DNA of 32,250 nt. Source: Candidatus Acidiferrales bacterium. Lineage in GTDB: Bacteria > Acidobacteriota > Terriglobia > Acidiferrales > UBA7541. Under the pieces are notes generated by a model, which had not been told where the DNA came from, ran no database searches, and saw only the letters and a program-made list of their open reading frames with translations. The DNA lies in assembly GCA_035275865.1 (NCBI GenBank), contig DATEME010000122.1, positions 1 through 32,250 of the forward strand. The letters run 5' to 3'. Positions 28,218-32,250 of this stretch are shown here, one piece after another; positions within the stretch are counted from its first letter, which is position 1, and each line of letters starts with the position of its first letter. The position numbers and the translations under genes are program-made.

Positions 28218-28421
28218 GTGAGCAAGCAGAAAGCTGGGAATTCCATCCGTTTCCATAAGGACCGCAGGCGAAAGCACCGCCATTGGCAGGTGACCGTTTA
28301 CTACCACGACGGTGAGAAATTCGCGCGCGTTTATATCGACCGCGAACGCGCCGAGCACTTTGCCGAACGGCAGAAAAAATCGCCCATCGTTAAAAGCACC
28401 CGTATCGTCGAGGTCGATTGA
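28218..28421 (+). CDS. Hypothetical small basic protein (67 aa)
   Basis: GTG 28218 is preceded by a GGGGGG run at 28201-28206. The sequence ...HRHWQVTVYYHDGEKFARVYIDRERAEHFAERQKKSPIVKSTRIVEVD looks protein-like. The overlapping 237-aa antisense ORF does not. Confidence 0.4.
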   Translation: MSKQKAGNSIRFHKDRRRKHRHWQVTVYYHDGEKFARVYIDRERAEHFAERQKKSPIVKSTRIVEVD

Positions 28422-28746
28422 CCCTCGGCTCCATCGCGCCATAGAATTGGCGGGCATGATATTGCTCGCCCGAAATGAGCGTTCGTTTGCCTGCCCGCTC
28501 TTCGAATCCTCCTTGTTGCCGATTCTGCATAGCTTCATGGTCACTTGCACGCCTCGCCGCTGAACCCCAGGCGCTCTACAGTGATCCATGTACGTATCTA
28601 TGTGTAGTCCTACCTACAGTTCTCCTTGTACGAACTTTTACTATTTAGCAATCGTAGAATCCCGCCAAAAATAACGGCCAAATCTGTTTTCAATCCGGTC
28701 CGAGAAACTGTAAAAGTTAATCAGAGAGAGAACCTAATCCCAAGGA

Positions 28747-28787
28747 GGGCCGCTCTCACTTCTCCTTCATAGAGGAGCGGCCCTTTT
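28747..28787 (+). terminator. Intrinsic terminator-like hairpin with T-tract
   Basis: GGGCCGCTC (28747-28755) pairs with GAGCGGCCC (28775-28783) and is followed by TTTT (28784-28787). The loop is long (19 nt) and carries CTCCTT. Confidence 0.45.
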
Positions 28788-28929
28788 CCATGGGACTGGA
28801 GGCGTGCAGCCGCATGGCCGAGGCCAACGTTTTGTTCGGAGAATATACGTGCCACAGTTCGCAGTGATTACGAGATCCTTCCGCCGCCTGGCTCCATTGG
28901 AGGCCGCGGACGGTGTCCCCGTCGTTCGC

Positions 28930-29145
28930 ATGAATTTTGAACGCCGGAAGACAACGAGATGCGTGTTCGAAAAGCCGAAAGCGTATTTGATCGGCGCCGC
29001 CGACGCCGATGCCGCAATGAGTCTTGTGAAGCGTTTTGCGGCCAGCGCAGGCATTGAACTTATCGTTCATCGTGCGGTTGAGGTGTGCCAGGCGCTGCCG
29101 TGCGGTGACGAACTTGCCGAGTGTTTGGCAAAAGACGTTAGATGA
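28930..29145 (+). CDS. Hypothetical small protein (71 aa; could extend to GTG 28804)
   Basis: The plus-strand frame (…KPKAYLIGAADADAAMSLVKRFAASAGIELIVHRAVEVCQAL…) looks more protein-like than the Cys/His/Trp-rich antisense 131-aa ORF. No family recognised. Lies 78 nt upstream of the PilZ gene. Confidence 0.3.
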   Translation: MNFERRKTTRCVFEKPKAYLIGAADADAAMSLVKRFAASAGIELIVHRAVEVCQALPCGDELAECLAKDVR

Positions 29146-29223
29146 CGGCATTGCATCTGTATCAAGACTTGTACCTCATGAATGCGGCGGTGAACCGCCC
29201 CGCAAGACAGCCAAGGAAAAAGA

Positions 29224-29583
29224 ATGCTTTCACAGCGAACTGTGGCGGCTGGGCAACGCTATCCTGAAGCGAGGATAGCCCCGCGATATCCGATCTCCGC
29301 TCTCACGCACGCGATAGAGCCTTTGAGCGGGCGGAAGATATCGGGATGGGTTTCGGTCATCAGCCGCAGCGGCTGCTATTTCCGGACGGCGGAGACGCAA
29401 CAGGCCGAGACCATATTGCAGCTCCGGATCGAGTGGCACGAATCGACGTTCGAGACCTGGGCGCGAACTGTCCACGCGATAGCGGGCGACGGAATGGGAA
29501 TAGCTTTCATCGACACTAAACCGGCACAAATGGAGATTCTGGCACGCTGGATCGCAGACCTCGCAAAGCAATCGTCGCAATGA
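29224..29583 (+). CDS. PilZ-domain protein (putative c-di-GMP receptor)
   Basis: 119 aa with RxxxR (RIAPR) followed about 25 aa later by a [D/N]xSxxG-like element (VISRSG), the PilZ c-di-GMP binding arrangement. Confidence 0.65.
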   Translation: MLSQRTVAAGQRYPEARIAPRYPISALTHAIEPLSGRKISGWVSVISRSGCYFRTAETQQAETILQLRIEWHESTFETWARTVHAIAGDGMGIAFIDTKPAQMEILARWIADLAKQSSQ

Positions 29584-29890
29584 CGCCTCAGGAAATCGCA
29601 AATGTCGCATCCCCGAGCGGATTCAAGCCGATTCTTCTGGACAACGCTGACCGCACCTCCTCATTGCGGGCGGACCGAGAACGCTGGTGGTGCATCCGGA
29701 TGGCAATTGGACATGCAAGCGCGCCGGGCAAACCGGCGTAGATTTCGCTTCACTCCGCGATTTCTTGCAATCGGAGCCCCCGGCCGCCGCTCCTAGTAGT
29801 CACGTTTGAGGCGACAACCAAACGGCAATACACGCTGCAACCTGGCGTCAGAGAACTCGCTTTTTATGGTAGAGTGAGAATTCGTCGAAC

Positions 29891-29964
29891 GCGGGATTCG
29901 TATAGTGGTAGTACGCCACCTTGCCAAGGTGGAGGCGAGGGTTCGATTCCCTTATCCCGCTCCA
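29891..29964 (+). tRNA. tRNA-Gly (anticodon GCC), CCA encoded
   Basis: Hand-folded cloverleaf. Acceptor GCGGGAT/ATCCCGC, D-arm GTAT-AGTGGTA-GTAC, anticodon stem CCACC/GGTGG with loop TTGCCAA, T-arm GAGGG-TTCGATT-CCCTT, then discriminator T and CCA. Confidence 0.95.
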
Positions 29965-30001
29965 TTTTCCTCTTCCCTTGCGAACTGTCGACCGCTAGCC
30001 T

Positions 30002-30600
30002 ATGTCTGTTATGTCCCTGCTTCAAGTAGTCGTGGGCAGCCTTCGCGCGCCGAAGCTCAACGCGGTGCGCTGCGCGCTCGAAGCGTGCCGACCGTGGCTG
30101 TCACCCGAATGTCCTTTAGAGATCATAGGGATCGACGTGCCGAGTGATGTTCGGCCAACTCCACTTTCGCGCGTCGAGACGATGAGGGGTGCCCGAAACC
30201 GCGCCCAATCCCTGCAAAAAATCGCCAGCCAGCGCACGAGCCGTGGCAATTTTTCGTTGGTCTCGAAGGCGGCCTCGACGTCGTCGACTTGGATGGCGAG
30301 CGCCGCGTATTCCTCGAAAGCTGGGTTTACGTGGCCGACCGGACGGGAGTAGGCCACTACGGTCAGTCGGGTGCCATCGCGCTTCCTGAAGATCTTGCTA
30401 CGCGAGTAGTGGATGACGGAATCGATCTTTCTGACGCCATCGACGCCTACGCCAGCGTTCAGGGCATCCGCAATAGTCTCGGCGCTTGGGGCATTCTCAC
30501 TCGCGGTCTGATCACCCGCGAAGATGCCTTCCGCATCGCGACCATCAACGCATTCTCCCCGTTTTTCAAGTCCCAGTCGTCAGTGGCCGCAAGCGCCTGA
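30002..30600 (+). pseudogene. yjjX: yjjX-like inosine/xanthosine triphosphatase (DUF84 NTPase) interrupted by a frameshift
   Basis: Frame A (30002-) gives LLQVVVGSLRAPKLNAV...SRVETMRGARNRA. Frame B, open from 30148, gives FFVGLEGGLDV...ALPEDL...LGAWGILTRGLITREDAFRIATINAFSPFF. Together they parallel E. coli YjjX. The shift must lie between about 30208 and 30255, which contains an A6 run (30216-30221) and a T5 run (30250-30254). Confidence 0.7.
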
Positions 30601-30622
30601 CCGTCCCTCCTCAGGTTTCGCG

Positions 30623-30650
30623 ATTTTAAGGCGCCAAATGCGCCATTTTT
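30623..30650. repeat. Left copy of an imperfect inverted repeat bracketing the OMP/small-ORF pair
   Basis: ATTTTAAGGCGCCAAATGCGCCATTTTT. Its reverse complement matches 31942-31969 at 22 of 27 ungapped positions (hand count). Confidence 0.4.
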
Positions 30651-30929
30651 GCGTCATTTAACGTGATTTATATGGCATTTTGCGTCAAAGCGCCTGTCGC
30701 TGTTGCTGCAGTTTTTGGCGCGTCATATGTGCCAGCTAACCTGCCAATAAGTTTGAACGGATTTGCGGCGGGGCCGGTAAATCCAACTAAATCTTGCGTT
30801 CGCCGCATCGAAGATGCTGACACCTAGTTATCCCCAGCCGGGGTCGGTGGAAATATGGGTAGACATGCCGACTTGTCTTAACGCAAAGTAACTTAAGGCA
30901 GTTGAAGTCTTTGGCTTGGGAGATAGTCG

Positions 30930-31595
30930 ATGAGATTCTTCGGATTCCTTCTAGCGGGCGTCCTGCTCGTAGGATCCAGCGCTACTGCGCAAGTTAGCTC
31001 TTCCACTTCACTTTTGACCTCGACCACCACTACAACGTTAGCGCTCAACTCCTCCTCGGCGGCTGCCCAGCCTGTCTCGTTTCGGTTGCCGGCGAGGCCA
31101 GCTCCACAGCCCCAGGTTCCAGTGATCGGCGTCTACGAACGCTATAGTTTTCAAGCATATGTGGGCTACACGTTCATGCGGTTCTACGAGGTGCCTCACC
31201 AGATACACAGTCAGAACGGATTCGATACTTCCATCAGCTACTACCCGGAGTCGGGTTGGCTGGGCGGAGATGGCGAATTTCTAGGCGCGTTCGGCCACCA
31301 GGGCGGCGTCACATCGAAGTTTGCGTTTGCCGCAGGCGGTTTGAGAGCACGTTGGGCGGCGCCGCGCGGTCTTGAAATCTGGACGCACGGACTTGCCGGA
31401 AGAGCGCATTACATGCCCCAGACAGCATTCGGACCCCAGGGGGCCTTTGCGTACGAAGTCGGACTTGGCGTTGATGCGGCCGGAAACCGGCAACGGCTCG
31501 CATACCGTCTCGAGCTGGATATGGTCGGGACCAAGTTCTTTGGCACGTATCAGTTGAGCCCGAAAGCGTCGATCGGAGTGGTGTTTAAGTTCTAA
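30930..31595 (+). CDS. Outer-membrane beta-barrel protein (small OMP family)
   Basis: Signal peptide MRFFGFLLAGVLLVGSSATAQ, a Ser/Thr/Ala/Pro-rich linker, then alternating aromatic/Gly-rich strands. The C-terminus ...IGVVFKF ends in Phe, as is typical for BAM substrates. GGGAGA RBS upstream. Confidence 0.6.
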   Translation: MRFFGFLLAGVLLVGSSATAQVSSSTSLLTSTTTTTLALNSSSAAAQPVSFRLPARPAPQPQVPVIGVYERYSFQAYVGYTFMRFYEVPHQIHSQNGFDTSISYYPESGWLGGDGEFLGAFGHQGGVTSKFAFAAGGLRARWAAPRGLEIWTHGLAGRAHYMPQTAFGPQGAFAYEVGLGVDAAGNRQRLAYRLELDMVGTKFFGTYQLSPKASIGVVFKF

Positions 31596-31633
31596 CATTT
31601 CTCCGCGCGCTTGATATTTTGAGGAAGGCCGCC

Positions 31634-31816
31634 ATGCCTTCAGACAAGAACAAATCGGCAGGAGAATCCGAAAAGACGCTGAAGCCTGTAACCTCTTCTG
31701 AAAAATGCACTTGCGATGCGGTGGAAGAGGCCTCGCAGGAGTCATTTCCAGCAAGCGATCCTCCCGCGTGGACGACGGGCCCAAGCGAATCCGAGCGTGA
31801 AAGCAGCAAACCCTGA
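31634..31816 (+). CDS. Small hydrophilic protein (60 aa) with an ESFPASDPPAW motif
   Basis: ATG 31634 lies 5 nt after GAGGAAGG. The SFPASDPP motif resembles one I recall from small hypothetical proteins in other soil bacteria (memory only). Confidence 0.45.
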   Translation: MPSDKNKSAGESEKTLKPVTSSEKCTCDAVEEASQESFPASDPPAWTTGPSESERESSKP

Positions 31817-31903
31817 CTACTTTTTCCGCCCGCCAGCGTCCTTTTGTGCGTATTTTTACGTGCGCTAATCGCAACAACATCGACAGGGGACTGTCGACAA
31901 ATG

Positions 31904-31972
31904 CCACTTAAAAGTGGCTTAAAATGCCAAAAAGTGCCTCAAAATGGCCGATTTGGCACCCTAAAAATGGCT
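31904..31972. repeat. Palindrome plus a 10-bp-phased A-tract/GGC array
   Basis: GCCACTT-AA-AAGTGGC (31904-31919), then units in exact 10-bp register: AAAAGTGGCT, TAAAATGCCA, AAAAGTGCCT, CAAAATGGCC (31911-31950), then GATTTGGCAC and CCTAAAAATGGC. Confidence 0.6.
31942..31969. repeat. Right copy of the imperfect inverted repeat
   Basis: AAAATGGCCGATTTGGCACCCTAAAAAT. See the left copy at 30623-30650. Confidence 0.4.
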
Positions 31973-32067
31973 TAATTCTCAAGAGCCATTTCACCGCAGA
32001 GTTCCCGCCGGATAGTGGCGGGCAGGCGAACGGTTGCTGATTGCGGAAATACGAAAACACGTACCTC

Positions 32068-32121
32068 AGGGGCTAAAGCCCTTCATAGTGTCGCGCTCAC
32101 GGCGGGGCTAAAAGCCCCGCC
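32068..32121. repeat. Two related GC-stem hairpins (GGGGCTAAA(A)GCCCC core), REP-like or terminator-like
   Basis: AGGGGC-TAAA-GCCCTT (32068-32083) and GGCGGGGC-TAAAA-GCCCCGCC (32101-32121). They lie between the convergent ends of the 31634 ORF and the partial minus-strand ORF. No U-tract on either strand. Confidence 0.5.
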
Positions 32122-32151
32122 CTTCCGGACCGACTATCTATGAGATGGCTT

Positions 32152-32250
32152 CTAATGGCCGAGGAAAGTCTCTAGCTTTTCCACATCCGGTTCGGCCAGG
32201 TCCATATAGTGCTTCGCCTGAGCCGCGTCTTGCGCCTGAAGGGCGTTCTC
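32152..32250 (-). CDS. 3' end of an unidentified CDS entering from the right edge (partial)
   Basis: The complement frame reads ENALQAQDAAQAKHYMDLAEPDVEKLETFLGH then stop (TAG, complement of 32152-32154). Only 32 codons are visible. Confidence 0.25.
   Translation of the reverse strand, partial: ENALQAQDAAQAKHYMDLAEPDVEKLETFLGH

Noticed and set aside
27876-28589. 237-aa minus-strand ORF spanning the end of the DUF4340-like gene and the following spacer
   Set aside because: It overlaps the 3' end of a supported gene, runs antisense through the more plausible 67-aa ORF, has an odd composition, and shows no RBS.
28756-29151. 131-aa minus-strand ORF
   Set aside because: Cys/His/Trp-rich, and it ends inside the plus-strand terminator hairpin. 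The plus-strand frame looks more protein-like, though it is itself low-confidence.
29580-29796. Small ORFs after the PilZ gene: a 53-aa ORF ATGA-coupled to the PilZ stop (29580-29741), the 64-aa track ORF 29602-29796, and a third frame reading ...VVHPDGNWTCKRAGQTGVDFASLRDFLQSE
   Set aside because: All three frames are open over the same ~200 nt, none has a convincing RBS or recognisable family, and the 64-aa one is Arg-rich. This cannot be decided without conservation or expression data.
31281-31907. 208-aa minus-strand ORF overlapping the OMP gene and the small ORF
   Set aside because: Arg/Cys-rich and antisense to two ORFs that have good RBSs, a signal peptide and a C-terminal Phe.
31904-31972. 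Possible CRISPR or sigma54 interpretation of the repeat array (the TGGCAC at 31955-31960 resembles a -24 box)
   Set aside because: The units are only 10 bp and contiguous with no spacers, so this is not a CRISPR array. No GC dinucleotide with a TTGC context occurs at the required GG-N10-GC spacing after TGGCAC.
1-32250. Search of all six-frame ORFs for a transposase, integrase, recombinase, toxin-antitoxin pair, restriction enzyme, or a TssK/L/M/J-like product
   Set aside because: None of the translations carries motifs I recognise for these families. Absence is by eye only and should be confirmed with profile searches.

Overview
Moderately GC-rich chromosomal window from a Gram-negative bacterium. 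The gene style (many TTG/GTG starts, Thr/Ser/Gly/Asn-rich Ig-repeat lipoprotein, GldG/DUF4340 module) is reminiscent of Acidobacteriota, but that is inference only. All family calls come from reading the translations and from remembered motifs; no searches were run. (1) 2048-16691 (+) is one tightly coupled type VI secretion operon: tssB-tssC-hcp-tagJ-tssA-tssE-tssF-tssG-clpV-[HExxH protein]-vgrG-PAAR. It matches the sheath/baseplate/spike arm of P. aeruginosa H1-T6SS. No tssJ, tssK, tssL, tssM or fha occurs anywhere in the 32 kb. The only effector candidate is a 301-aa DUF4157-like/metzincin-spaced HExxH protein between clpV and vgrG, with no visible immunity gene. (2) Directly downstream lies a stand-alone receiver and a PAS-only protein (ATGA-coupled). 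Convergent to them is a 924-aa lipoprotein with an Ig-like domain, three He_PIG-type repeats and four tandem uncharacterised modules. (3) 21587-27969 (+) holds an adenylate-forming acyl-CoA synthetase plus a four-gene ABC-2 ATPase/permease/GldG-like/DUF4340-like module. (4) 27970-32250 is a looser region with long intergenic spacers. It contains small ORFs, a PilZ protein, tRNA-Gly(GCC), a frameshifted yjjX-like NTPase gene and an outer-membrane beta-barrel gene plus a small ORF. That gene pair is bracketed by a ~28-bp imperfect inverted repeat. The region also has a 10-bp-phased A-tract array and GGGGCTAAAGCCCC-type hairpins. No CRISPR array, transposase, integrase or rRNA was seen. Most long antisense or alternate-frame ORFs in the track are artefacts of GC-rich coding DNA.
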